From Balanoglossus misakiensis (taxonomy: Eukaryota; Animalia; Hemichordata), in assembly GCA_040954595.2 (NCBI GenBank), contig CM082577.2, positions 1,240,001 through 1,304,000 of the forward strand: 64,000 nucleotides of DNA. The letters run 5' to 3'. A model generated the notes under the pieces. It did not search any database. It worked only from the letters and a program-made list of their open reading frames with translations, and was not told where the DNA came from. The translations under genes were made by a program, and so were the position numbers. Shown here one piece after another: positions 24,351 to 38,347 of the stretch. Positions within the stretch are counted from its first letter, which is position 1. The number at the start of each line of letters is the position of its first letter.

Positions 24351-24478
24351 GAACGAACGAACGAACGAACGAACGAAAAGAATGAATGAATGAATGAATG
24401 AATGAATGAATGAATGAATGAATGAATGAATGAATGAATGAATGAATGAATGAATGAATGAATGAATGAATGAATGAA
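24351..24478. repeat. Compound microsatellite (GAAC)n-(GAAT)n
   Basis: GAAC repeats at 24351-24377, then a long perfect GAAT run to 24478; this explains the spurious SFIH ORFs. Confidence 0.97.
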
Positions 24479-25363
24479 TTGTGGGCAAAGACATGTATGG
24501 ATAAATGGTAACGGTGGGTATAAATGTTAAGGTTAATCGGCTCATACATGTAGATGGTCATGTAAACGGATGCGTTAAATATGCACCACACTTTGTCATA
24601 TGAGATGTGCCAAGATGCAGTCAAATTTTCATTTCATACTGACTAGAACAACTAATGTATGAATCCAAATCAGGAATATCATGATCTATGAACTTTTTGA
24701 AGGTAATCGTGATTGTGTATTGCAGAATAGAAGGCATCTTGACGACGTAGGAGATCTGGTGACTTACAAAATATTGGCGGAGTTTCCAGGCTTTTATCTC
24801 GTTTTACATGTACATGTACTTGGCATTGTATGGCATTTTGGTACACTTTTCGGTTAATTTATTTTGAGTATTTTGATTTTTTCAAATGCCGTTTTATACT
24901 GAATGCAGTCGACGGAATTCCTCTGTTTATGATATTTAAAGGTTAAATTAAAATGTAAGTGTCTTTAATTGTTAGGAAATGTTCTTATTACTGTAAGCTT
25001 ATCAATTTAAAATTCTATAATAACAGTCGCCATGGTTACAACATCGCCACTTTACTTGAATATTTCACCCCACCCCCTTATTATTGCATACCTGAATTTA
25101 GAAGGCTTGAACTGGCAATATAGTTTCATCGGTACCATGGTAAGTAAATTTAGCGCCGGCTAAAACGACCTGTCAACAAGTTGGATACCTAAAACAACAT
25201 CTGTTTTGGCCACCAGCTTTTGTAGTAAGAAGAACACTGCTTAATCGCCGATAGGTGGCGCTATGGTTAGGTCTTTCGTCACGTTCTGCTCATGCCTCCT
25301 CCTCCTACGCTAATTCCCGCTGCTTCTGAACTCGGGCAAGGATGTTGCCCGAGTTCAGAACGA

Positions 25364-28300
25364 TTACAAGTCATCCATTTGCGAGGTACCGTTTTCGTCG
25401 TCGACGTCTTCTTCGTCACAAGGAACGCCGTGTGTCTTTTTGCGCTTTCTCGACAGGATGAGAAAGACCAGCCCGGCCACAAGTACCAAGGTCAGCGAGA
25501 TCCAAGCAAACCCGAATGACCATCCGTAGCGTGACTGGAAATCTCTGTTTACTTCGTTGCGAACAGACCGCAAGACGGGTCGCTTCGCCGCTTGGAATAG
25601 TTGGATACACGCCAGCACAGCCACAACTGCAAATCGAAAAACAATCATTGAAAGACGCATGAGAAAAGCGAATCAATGTAACTTCCGTGCCGTTATAACA
25701 CGGTGGGACACGTGCTGTTTGTCCATGCGAGATCTCGCAGAGTCTCGCGGAGTTCTGAAACTGGTCTGTTTTGTTCCAGAGAAGGCATTTTCAGGATGTC
25801 CTCCACGCTCTATTTCTGTCAAAGACGTAAGCAGCATGCTGCTGCGTAACCTATGGCAACCAAGATGACATCGTAAAAAGTCGGAGATAGTCATCGAACT
25901 GTGCATGTTCCATCTGAAGCCCGTCCTATCTATAATATTGAAAGATGAGGGGGGGGGGGGGTTCTGTAATTTTAAAGCGATAAGCGCACCGTTTGCACAG
26001 CATAAGGACAATTATTGCTTGTCTCGACGACGTCAATTTGTCACAAAAGCGAATTTATTTCAGAGGAAAATCAAACTATGACAAATTAAGGACTGGGAAC
26101 AGCGGTTTTATACATGCCATGGGCTTTTCTAGCAGTGTCTTTGATGGCAATAAAAACAACGTTCTGTGTGTTGTAAAAAATTTCCCCATCTGCTTATTGA
26201 CCTTTGACCTGATATAAATCATCTCGCACTTTCACGTAGGGATTCTCAACGGGATCCGGAGCGGCGCGTAAAGGTCCATTCAACTGAACGTCTGTCGTCA
26301 CCTATTTATGTCGATACGATCATTAAAGTCACGTCGAGTCTTCAAGGGGGAGTTAAACACGAAGCTGTTAATTTGGAGCAATCGATATGATGAGAAATGT
26401 GTTATTTTACGTCATTTTATCCACGTTTCATAAGTGAGAAGCGCTGAGATCAAAGACTAGACGCCATGAGAAAATGTATTTCTGTTCAACACGATTATCG
26501 GTCCCTCTCAGGTGGCAATCTTGAACGGAAAATCCAAATTAAATCAAATACAGACATTGGTTGATGTCAATTTATTTCATACTAAAATGTGGATGGACAT
26601 CACAGAGATGATATGCTATGTTGAATTCGAAATGGAGACGAATTTGACATGTTGAATTATCAATGTTGCCTAAAGGAATGTGTTATATACTGCTGACCCT
26701 TTCTTTCGCTTTTGTTTCCCAATAAACAGTTCCGTGCAAAGACACAAAATGTTCAATGTTTAAATCTGTAGAAATGCTCACGTCAAGAGATGTGGGTTTT
26801 TAGGCTCTTGAGTTCCAGCGGTCATCTAAATCATGCACATAGCTAAATTAAGTCTCATTATTTACCTATTAAACCCCTCTCTGACGGACAGTTACCATGG
26901 AAATAAAGCTTAATGAACATCTCATGTACAATAAACATGTTCGCAAATTGTCATAAGAAGAATGGATAAAATGAGCTTATTGAAATAGTGACGGTCGTCG
27001 GAACTGAGCATGCGCAACTTTTCTGTTCATAAACAAAGCGTGTCGTTCATAATAACTCAAAACAGCTGCCAGCTTGTCAGTGTGGTTGTCACTCACCTGA
27101 TATTAGAAAGAGTATCCCTGTCAGTCTTGTGATCATGTATTTGTTCTGTTTGTAAGCGTACACCATGAACACCTCGCCCAGGATCATCACAGATAGCGCC
27201 ACGATGGACATTGCAGTCTCAGAACGACGATAGTCTGCAAATTAACCATACACATTTTGAATATAGAGAAAACTGGAACTTGAAATCGCCTCCGTGGGCG
27301 TCTGCTTGTGACTTTTGGGCGTAGGCAGAACTGGGAACAAAGTAATGTTTTAAGAAGCCCGTCGATTCGGCCAACCCATCGATAGACGACTTTCAGTGAT
27401 CCTTCTGTCGAAAGATGAGACAAGTTATTAATATTCCTGACCAAAAGAGGCCATATTGATATTCACTGCAATTACTGCTAGACATTTTTTGTGAATTGGT
27501 ACGTGTCTCTTGCGTGAGATTGGAATTCCAATCAATTCGGCGGTTTCTTTATTTAGCTGGAAAAGATGGCGGCTATTTTGGAATCTGGGGATTTGTTTGA
27601 ATTTAGCCGAATCTTGATTAAGCCGGCGCGACCAAGAGTCCAACTCAAGAGGCAACTATGTCAGCTGGAAGGACGGGTCTTAGAGTAGTTTTAAAATATT
27701 CTTGCGTGGTATTTGACATCAGTAGTGTTGTGGGATTGGCATTAGCGGGTGTGTTTAATTTGATAGATCATCTCATGTCATATAACTACCGCATTACTAC
27801 CGCTGTTTATTCCACACTATCTGTGACTACTTGTATTTGCAGCAAAAGTCGTTAAATGACCACGAACAGGCAACCTTTGACACTGTGACTACTCAACACT
27901 CTGTTCAATTAGTACCTGCGATGTGATGTTTATTTGACACGATTATAGAAAGTCACATTTTAATCAATCCTACCCCTCGTTTGCACATTCCACAAATAAA
28001 AGCATGCAGCTCTCCGCATACAATTGCAACTCCATTAATATAAGATAAATTCGCCCATTTCAGATGAGCGATAACAATACCTCAGTATAACTTCTGCAAA
28101 TATTCTAAACCCAGACTTGGTTCTGATCCCAGGTCATCCCGCCCGGATTTTGGTTGCCACTTTCATTAAATCCGTCGGCGTCTGTGCATGGTTGCAACAT
28201 TCTTGAATTCGAATCCAATGTATGCGAACCGATAAATAACTTGATACGTGTATACTTAAAAGACCCTGGTACTGTGCCACGACGGCGTGTTTTTCTGCCA

Positions 28301-31300
28301 TATTTAAAGTCCCCTATCCTTGAGAGATATATCCTGTGTGGCACTGTAATCTTTCTTAGTCTCCAAAAAGTCTATAAACAACAACTTATCCTTGCAAGTT
28401 GTTGGACAGGATCAGAAATTGTTTTCTGGCCTATAGTGACGTCATCGCTCAGAAAATAGAAATAACGACATGACTTCGGGGTTTATCAAAGTTATACCTT
28501 GGTTTGTTCATTTAGAAGGTTGCAGAACTTTCGTGTATCGGTCAGCTTGAATAAGAGAGTAGTTTTGCTATTTCTATCAGTGTTTTAGTGAAGGCTACCG
28601 GCTTATCCTGTCACTGTCACGTGACCCAGTGAAAACTGACCGCAAGTAACTAAAGGATTCTTGTTCTCAGAAAGTGTTTGCAAGTGCTTTTTTTTCTTCA
28701 GAATCCAGCGTGCACATATTCTTCTGATTTAGGTACTGATCGTTCCATAACTTTTTAAGTTACTATAAGTCATGTTGTTATAAACGACAGGTCTGCAGAC
28801 AAACGATCCGTCTGGCCTGGCATGAGGTCAACACTTTACTACGTAAACACATGATACATGTACCAAAATGCAAGGAAACAGTCTTTTCCTTTGGAACCAC
28901 CCGATTTATTCCTTACATGGTCTAACAGCATAATTGACTGTTTACGCTTGCAAACACGCTTGATTCAAAAGTGCCTATGCATCAAAATGCAACGAGTAAG
29001 AAGAAACATAGGAAGGTTGCACACAGCAAACGAACGAGAGACACCCAAGGCCATTTGGTGGAATTTCACCCGAGTATAGTTCAAGTCAGCATAGTTTATA
29101 AACACTGTAAACACAGAGGGAAAATTCATCGACAAAAGTTTAAAGAATCACGTTGTGTTATTGTTGTATTAACATAAACAGGCGCGGGTTACAGGCCATG
29201 ACGTAGGTGTAACACAGTATGGTGACGAGTACGTTTCTGGAGCCCCGAATAATCTCTAAAATATAACCCCGCACGCGGAAGCTGGCCATAGCGATGGATG
29301 AGATTGACCTCGACCAAACTACATGACCTGTACTATAAACTTTTAATGTTGTTATGAAACCATTCCTGAAATACCAACATTCGACATCCTTCACATTCAA
29401 GTCGGGCAATGCAGCTTATATTTTACGTGTTTGTAGAACCAGTAAAACTTCGAAGAGGGGCCGCCTGCTCAACTGAAGACAACACGCCGCTCAACGACAG
29501 GACAAATAGAGAAGTTCATTTCCTTTGTAACCTTAAAGTTCAGACAGACATCAGGGATGATACCGCAATTATTTTGATAAATAAGTAGAAAATAAATATC
29601 TTAATTCTGTCAAGAGCAGAAACATTGATCATTATGTGTATTAGGGAAGCATATTGCAACCATATACAAGATACCCCCTCACATCGCCTCTCCGCGGCCA
29701 TGACGGTCAAGCTTTTTATCAAGTGAACTTTTCTCGCAGTCTCGTTGCATGTTGTATCGCCGTGCAGAGAAACCCGTCGAATTTGAATGAGGGGCACCGC
29801 TGGTCAAATCATCGCCATGAATGTTAATGAAACTTAATGATGACAGGGAGCGCACAATTTATCGCTTTACTCTTCTGAGTACCGAATTATGCATTGTATT
29901 TCGGATGAAGATTTATATTTAAATAAAATTAAACCCGTTTTTATGTAATTCTATACTAGCATCCAACTAAAACGGACTATTCGCTACGCACTACACGAAA
30001 CTATGTCTTTCCTCAAAAAGAGCCATCATAGATGTATCCGCGTTGTCAAAAGATGCGTAACAGTAACGTTCACATTTCTTGTTCTGCTGTGAATGTGTAA
30101 CATAGTTCATGATATTCCAGGGGCCAATTACATACCAATGACCATCACGCCGTCGGTCGACGAGACTGATCCAAAACAGTCAGTGGCGATAGATGACAGA
30201 GCGCTTACATCGATGGCATTAAGTTGCCGCTGATGCAATTTGGTCTCCCGGGGCGCTCCGAATAGGTGACCTGAATTCAAGGTTAAAACAATTCTGAAAA
30301 TACGTAGCCAATTTCTGGGCTGCTATAATCGATAGCTTCTGATTGTAACGGTAACGGCCAATTTGTATCTTCAAGTATATTCAGAAAACATGTAACAAAT
30401 CGTGAGTCAGTCAGCTGAAGTAGTGTAACTTGTAGAGCGACTGTAAAACTTTTCAAGTAAATACATACTTCGGATAGGATAGTATACTGATTTCTTTTTG
30501 CAGTCAACGTGAAACAGATCAATTACATGTATGTCATATAGTGTAGCTTGACTTCCATCTGTCACAGATAACAACAGCTTCTTACTGTTTCTACCACTAA
30601 TATTACCGCTGCAAATTCCACAGATGGGCTGTGGTTGGACTGACCCACTTGATATTCATCACTATAATATTACATTTGTTAAGTTCTCCTACTCCCCCAA
30701 CTGTTGCGTGTCTCGCGTAAACCTAGAACTTCAGAATTCGAAAAATGCATTTTACTGAAGTCGTATACTGCAACTTCATATCGAAGTCCCTGCTTTGACA
30801 TTCCATTTCAGCCTTCAAGGCTGTTTGTTAATAAAAAGATGTTTCGCGTATTGTCGTTTTATGCTCAGCTGAACCCCGTTTTTACGTTGGCATGCAAGTT
30901 GATCATGGCGTTCTGGAGTAGAAGTGGGCCAGACTTTGTTCTCACTGATTTCGGCAACTCTCCCGTAAAACTGTGTGTAAATTAGGCACACAAATTCACA
31001 CATAAAATAGTACCATCCCTAGTTCACGAATTGAAACATCAGGCCACAGTGTGTAGAATTTCTCCCAAGTCCCCCCCCCCCCCACACTTGTGGTATTGGA
31101 AACACAATGCATGAAAACGTATTTATCTAAGGTTATTTCTCGGGGAAACATATGCATTTGTGGCAACTACAGAGGTATATGTGTTGCATAGCTCTTATCT
31201 CTTGAAACAACCGCTCTCCATTAAGAGGCATCAGGGATAGCCAGCTGTGCGACCTTTCATATGATATTTTTTATCTTTGAGTCTGCCAGCATCGTACATC

Positions 31301-34300
31301 AATCGACACTGGCTTCATATTTCTGCGATAATGCCCATTTTGCACCATGTACTCGCTGATTGGTTATAATTAGACACGGGCGATTGTTTTTGCTGCTCCT
31401 AATGAATAAACGCCTTCTGTTTGATATTCATCGTCCTTGTTTCACGCACACACCGTGGTGGACCAAAGCAAAATAACCCCCCCCCCCCTGAAGAAAATGA
31501 CTAGTCCCTAAGTCGTGCATATACACATATACATGTACATACGTACAACAACCATAGATAGCAGAACGACTGTCTATGCGACCATAATGGTCACAATGAC
31601 ACCCTTACAGTGCGCCTCTGTCTGTCGCTCGTTCAGCCGCGGCTTCCGCTGGATAACGCATATTAACCGGTGTTACAATTACTTGTGACGTTTAATTTCG
31701 CAATAAACATGATGTCACTGTCTATATTAATGAATTGGCAACTATCAATCGCTGCCCCTTTTATTGAATGATCCCCTAGCCGCATTATTTCTGCTTTAAT
31801 TGACGTTTCACACCAATTACACACGAGCTGGTACTTCAACAAATTAATTGACTCATTTACGTGATCAAGCTGTGAACCTTAAAATGGCACCAGTTCCTTA
31901 CATTAAATTCAGCATGACTGTCCAAAAAATGATATGACTTAATTTAATTTAATTTAACGATTTCTTCTTGAACGTTAAAAATCTTCCTTGCAATATAATA
32001 TGTTACATCCCCGGATGTAATATTGAAAGGCGCATGTAATTTAAATAGCCATTGAGTTGTCAACCCATAGCTGTCAGCTAGACATTGATATTTTGATGAC
32101 ACTGACCCGGAATAATTGATCGCGTATGATTAATGACTCTAGATCACGCCGACTACTTTGGGGTGTGCAGAATCACAGGCCCGTGTTAATTAGCTCATTA
32201 ATTCCAGACAAATATTTACATGAGGTGGCTTGTCAAAGTTTATGATTTATTCTCAGTTGTTATATTTTTTTTCTATTTTTTTATTCATGACCCGCTCTCA
32301 GCATTTTTATTTTTATAACGCCTGTCAAATCCTCGATGCTAATATCACGCGACGCATGCGCGCTTATTGAAGAACATGGAAATGCCTGTCTCTGCCTGTC
32401 ATGAATACATCCAATTTACCAACTCTTCTTTTAGATGCCCGAAACGTGACACGTGACTTCCCCTTTGGAAAAAAATGTTGTAATTTACATGTACATCGAA
32501 CATGCCTATTGTAAATTTTAGAATCTTTCCATAGTCATGTACAGATGTTTCATTAAATAAAATATTAGGCCTATACAAAAAATAGAAGAGAGAAGTGTTT
32601 CACACGACTGCCTTGGAGCGAGATCAACACCTCGCCTCACACGGATAACACTATGATATCTTTTGTCGCCGGCATTTCTTTGCTGCATTATTTGTGGCTT
32701 GTACATTCTAGGTACACAGCTCTCTGTTATTTGTCACGTTGGCCCCTTCATAGCAATTTGAAATAGCTGCTCCAAACTACAGAAAAGCATAGCATATGAC
32801 GGTTCGATCGAAACTAGAACATGTCGATGGAGACCGGAACCAAATCAATGCGATACAGATACAATCGAGCGTATGAACATACGTTTCCAGAAACCGACAG
32901 AAATTGAATGCCAGTTTTAAAATGGCGCGTTATCTTCCAAGCCATACTGCTAGGGATATCTAATCTATAACCATATTCGATTATTGTTTCCAGGTAGCTT
33001 ACATTAAGCAAGGGGCCTGACATGTCATACGTCATTTCTACTGGTATGACGTCAGAGACAGACTGTCCCATCTGTGTAAATCGACTTCGGCGGTCAAATG
33101 TGTGCATCTCCTGGTGGACAACAATAATGACTTGGTGATATTTTAATGGATCCCAACAAGATCCACATAACAACCGTTGCTAAGCAACAGAATCCATAGA
33201 TTATCTACATTTCGATCAGGGCGCCTGGTGATTGAACACTTTTATCGAGAATTGATCAGAAAAAATTGTCATACGACATTGCCATGAATCGGATTTCAAA
33301 TTCGAAAATAAGGGAGCTATTCAAAAATCTTGGTGGTCGAGGCGAGGTTAAGTATTTCTTACCTAATAGAACATTACTGGTTTCTTCGTCTTCATCCGTG
33401 GGAAATAAATTGATATTGTGACACGTGGTCTCTGTAACAGAATAAAGTCTACATTAGTGTTGTCAAAAATCAACATGAATATGGTTAATGTATAAGGGCT
33501 ATTATGGTCACGTTGTCGGCCATCTCTGGATGATTTTCCGCTGAATGCGAGATCTCGCAGAGTCTCGAGGAGTTCGGAAAATGGTCTATTGTGAGCGTTT
33601 TCAGAGGTAAGCCCCGTGATTACAAGTAGATTGGTGCGTATGAGGAATCATGGAATAATTAAAACGGCATCGCAATGAATAATTATGTATGTAAAAGAGA
33701 AAGCATAACGTAAACATTTATTGCGGTGTTTTGCAGCTGTCGCTTTGAACGAAAAATTGCTAAATCACGTGATGGTGTGATTTCTACATTTTCCGGGCCT
33801 TTTCTAAATTGTTTGAATATGAGTGACATGGAACCACATGCACACACGAGATAAGAATAATGAAACTTCTGACGCATGAGCAGAAAACAAAGCATTAATA
33901 TGCCGACAAAGACGATATGATTTGATGTGACGTCATATGATTGACAGATATGGACGACTACATACCTGGATACCGAGATAGGGGGACTTTGTAAACAACA
34001 ACAAATGGAGATAAACAGCCATTGGTTAGAGAGTAACAGAAAACCGTATTTTCGTACAAGAAGTGTGAGATCCAAGTTTTCAGTTATCAAAGTATACTAC
34101 AGACACACAAACCAAAGGACTGGAAGGATACTATAGAAAAGTATGTTAGTTTTAAGAAAGAAACAATGATCGTCGATTTGAAAGAGCCAAAGATCAGAGC
34201 GAGGGTTTCACGTCACGTGATGAGCAGAGTCAGCAACAGTGCGCGTACAAACATCATTATATCGTGAATCTCAATAGATATTCTGACAAGCAATCCGAAC

Positions 34301-37300
34301 GTCATAAATTCCTGTCATTTTCGCAAAAATCGTTAATGGAAAAGGAACTGTTTCCCAATGCATCAACCGTGACGATATTTTTAAAATCGCATGCCCAACA
34401 GTCATAGACCAGTTGACTCCCAATTGGGGATTTAACATATGGAGAGTTGATGTTTCAGTCCTGATCCCCGGCTATTCAAGATGCATTAATGACCGAACGA
34501 ATAAAAGCACAGACGTTTGTGTATTTTGCATTCAACTAGACATAACGGATTCACTTCACAAACTCATGTCCATTCAGAACGGTGAAAATGTTATCACTTA
34601 ATGGCTGCAAGAATACCGGCATCAATTCGCAGTCTGGCGAGCCAAGAAGGCTGTACACGTGTAAGCAATGACTAACTGGCTGGTAATATTTTGCGATGAC
34701 CGAGCCCGGAGAAAAGAAGACTTTACTCTCGACCCAGTCAAACTCTGCTATCTCGAATAAGGATGGCTTGAAGGGAAGAATATCATGAACACTAAGGCGA
34801 TATTACTTCGTTGTTCAAGTAAATCGTTCTAAAACGATGAGCTGACTTGATTTGATTATCTGATTATGTGAAGCTATTTCTTTCCAGGGATGTGAAGTTG
34901 ATTCGAAGAGGTGTAATCAAGAGGACCCGGTGTCATCTCCATCTCAGATAGCCTGAGGGTTGGATAACACTTTATTGCTACCTCTGACAACGAATTTATC
35001 GAAAAAGTGAAAGGGCATCATCCCTGTCCGAAAGCGGATTTGTTATTTGCTATTTATGTGACGATAAACGTATGTTTTGCATCGTTTTATTCTAAGACGG
35101 AAGTCACGTTAGTTTTCAAAATTTGATCATTCGCCGTCGCTTCTCGATGAAATCAACAACATCTCCTCAAGGGTAATTGAAGCTTCTACATGTGCGAGGA
35201 AAAGTATTTGTATTCGCTGACAATTATTCATTTCAACATCGTATTAGTACCACCTGCCATGTCATTAAATTCCTCCTCCGCAAAATTGAACGCATCAGAC
35301 AATACCTCCCTCGAGATTCCTGTGCCACGCTCGTCCCTGAAGTTTAATTCTAAGACGGAAGTCACGTTTAGTTCCTTCCATCAGGTAATTGTTTATTAGT
35401 CCCCGCGGACGTACTCTTAGGGGAACTTACGGAGTGGGTTTCGAGCGGCCTGTCACAGCCATTGCTCAGACATCCCCGAACTGATTCGTTCAAATTTAGT
35501 TGATGGACAGTGTACTATGACGTACACGTATATTATTTTACAATACGATCCAATATGGCTACCGGGCGGCCATTTTGTCACGATATTTTCATTTCCAGAG
35601 CCATTTACCCAGACATGCCAGGACCGATTCCTTTCAAACTTGGTACAATTACAATGCACTGTGGCATAAATATGAACGTCCACGTCAATCACTATCACGA
35701 CATGATACAATATTGCTGCTGATTGTTTTGCGATACGCTCCAATAAAGTACCAAATCAACACTTTGTCAGAAACATTTTCATATCCATACAACGCTTCCG
35801 TGCCCAAAACACAGCAGAATTGTTACACAGACTGAGAAACGGCACGCCATCACCCTTGTTCTTAAGAACCTTCATTGGCTTCCAGTACCTCATCGTATTT
35901 TGTGATTAAATCACTTACAAAGCCCTAGATGGACTTTCTCAGCGCAAAACTGATCTCAATTACACCCCCTTCTTCACCACGCACTCTCAGCTCATCTGAT
36001 ACATTCCTTCAACACATACCTGGATTGAATCTAACTGGATGGATGGATGGATGGATGGATGGATGGATGGATGGATGGGTTGTTAGACGGTGGATGGATG
36101 TACAGACAGACAGACGGACGGACAAAGAGACAGATCTTTATGTCACTGAGGTGTTTTGGAATCATGCGCAGTACATACAAAGTAGCCAAATAATGAATTT
36201 AATTTCTGATATTGATGAGACATTCACGTAATGCACACACTGTCGCCTGATTGCAATCAAATATACTGAACAATAACATGATTGATTAAAAGAGGACGCG
36301 TATGGGAAGTCGTCTGCAAGTTTTGCATCGACCTCATTTGCGTGATGGACCAATGTCCAATTTACTAATCTGATATCTACCTGGGACGAGGCCGCTTTCC
36401 CATTACAGAACCAGTAACGTATATATTTTTTGAATCGTTGTTGTACAGTTGTGCCCAGAATTCTAAATATCAGTACTTTCCAACCATGCAGAAGAACTCA
36501 TTGAAATTCAAGCCCCGTCTGGAGTTCTACTCGGACGAGTTGCCTTTTGACTTTTCTTTCTTATTGCAAACACGCCAAGCGTCACCTACATTGGTCACCG
36601 GGGTCAATTATTTGATGTAAGATCACAAGCAGCAGCCAGTTTGTGGTGTAGTGTGATGTTCCCTGAGCAACAATCATAAGTCACCGACGATCAAACCAAC
36701 AGTATAATGGCCTTTGTAGGATCGTGTGTTCTGCAAATCGTGTTCAAAGTTTGCTTTCTTTTTCAGATGCGCCGCAGATCTTGTCTCGGCGAATCTAGGG
36801 ACGAATTGCCTGGAATTGTCTGACACGGTGGAGTCGTTTATAACAAATCTTACAGTAAATGTGCGTCATTTTGGGATTCTGGTAACGCGAGTCAATTCCG
36901 AGTTAAAATGGTTCTTCTCAACGTTCATTTCGCAAAAAAATAACACTGACCTATTGTTTTTTGTTTTGTTTTTTTTTCTCAGGTGGCTGTCACTTATGCG
37001 GGCAACTGGGCAGATTCCCGCGTCTACATTTTAAACGCTTCTGCATTATGTCAGTAAAACATATTAAAGATGCCATTGCCCTATTGCGTCATACAACAGC
37101 TGTTCATTATAGCTGTAACATCTGCCCGATTAATAACTTTCAAGGCGCCCTCAATAGAAACACACTTAACACTTTGAAACGTATAATTTTGCACGTTGAT
37201 ATCTGCCATTGAGCGGATAAATGCAAATCTGATACTGTTAATATGAGAACGTGTTTTGCCTCTCAACAATATGTCACACTCAGTCGCGTCAGCCTGAGCA

Positions 37301-38347
37301 GTGCCAATGGTGGAGGTTTTACGGGAGAAACTCAAGTCGGTGTTCCCTGGCGACTTGTCAGTCTCGCTCTCACTGCGTATACAAACCGCAAGCCCCTTAG
37401 CTGTTCTCGCGCGTATTAAAGATCTTCAGAACCGAACAAGGGAGACGTGTATACAGGCCCAAGTGGGAAACTGATAATATGTGCAATGATATTTCACGTT
37501 TGATTTGAAAAGTAGATGAGAGTTGTGTTACAGCAATATTGTGGAAGTAATCAGGCGTTCCACAGTACGTACATTTCCACGTACTATAGAGTTTCAATGA
37601 AAAGTTCGGGGCCCCGTTTTAGGGAGTCTGTTTAGGGAATGCCTTGGCGTCAGTGTTCGCTTCTTTAATCACTCAACGGATCAACCAGCAACATCCCACA
37701 CCGGGATGTAGTAACCATGGCGATCATATGTAAAAATAGCGCCAGGCGCCATGATATGTAATGTACGTGCTTTGGGGTTAGTGTAAACTGAGGCGTGTGT
37801 GTATACCTTAATGTAATCAACCCATCGATATTATTAATCGGCGTCGTGTTTATTGCGCACACATTGAAAGTTGGTGCGATCATATTAACCAATGCGTTTT
37901 ACATCGGATCAATAACATCAAATTCAAACACGTTCTATACTGAGGAAAGCGACAATGAATCCGTACTTTAAACGAATAAATCCGATATCCTCTGAAGTCA
38001 ATAATGCCCATGCATCATAGTCTGATGACCTATAGCTGTTTTCATCTTGACCGCACTTTTGACGTGACCGAAATATATGTCAACCCAAACGGCAATTTTC
38101 AGACAACCCGCGCATACGTACCTTTCTTCTGCGTGGCCGTGTACACTCGACTCGTGCATATTTCCCATAGTCCCACTTTCCGTGAAAGAATTATCGAGTG
38201 TTCCGTCGAGTTGACTGCTTCTTCGTCCAGCGGCATATCTATTAGAAGCCAGTAATCGGTACTAACGGCGATGATAAACACCAGCAGAGCCAGGCAGCCT
38301 AAGACAGCTGCCACGGTGAAAGCTCTCCACTCCGTTTTCGTCTTCAT
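25364..38347 (-). CDS. Claudin/PMP22/CACNG-superfamily tetraspan protein (divergent; gamma1/6-, TMEM114/235- or invertebrate-claudin-like), ~231 aa
   Basis: Exons 38122-38347 (TM1, AVSTDYW..GLWEIC), 33363-33431 ([10 protein letters not shown], second ECL1 Cys), 27097-27234 ([15 protein letters not shown]2-TM3), 25364-25626 ([11 protein letters not shown]4, short acidic tail). All introns are phase-1 GT-AG, 696 nt in total, with the same 4-exon layout as the other two paralogues. Confidence 0.85.
35395..35700 (+). mobile_element. Decayed non-autonomous interspersed repeat (MITE/Helentron-associated-like) in intron 1 of the claudin-like gene
   Basis: Begins TATTAGTCCCCGCGGACG..GGGGAACT (short inverted repeat). 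Contains two imperfect internal repeats (AGCCATT..CAGACAT..GA(A)C(T/C)GATTC..TTCAAA(T/C)TT(A/G)GT) and the AATATGGCTACC-GGCGGCCATTTTG palindrome typical of such marine-invertebrate elements. Family not verified. Confidence 0.5.
36037..36078. repeat. (GGAT)n microsatellite followed by GACA/GACG repeats
   Basis: Directly visible run of GGAT; ACAGACAGACAGACGGACGGAC at ~36102-36123. Confidence 0.9.

Noticed and set aside
24258-24624. ORFs with (SFIH)n repeats
   Set aside because: Translation of the (GAAT)n microsatellite.
27240-29500. Several 70-100 aa ORFs in intron 2 of the claudin-like gene, considered as a nested or decayed gene
   Set aside because: Frames are interrupted, there is no recognisable domain and I could not build a phase-consistent exon chain; a translated homology search would be needed.
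35089-35370. 22-bp direct repeat ATTCTAAGACGGAAGTCACGTT at 35089 and 35347
   Set aside because: Too short, with no element structure between the copies; probably a local duplication, not an LTR or target-site duplication.
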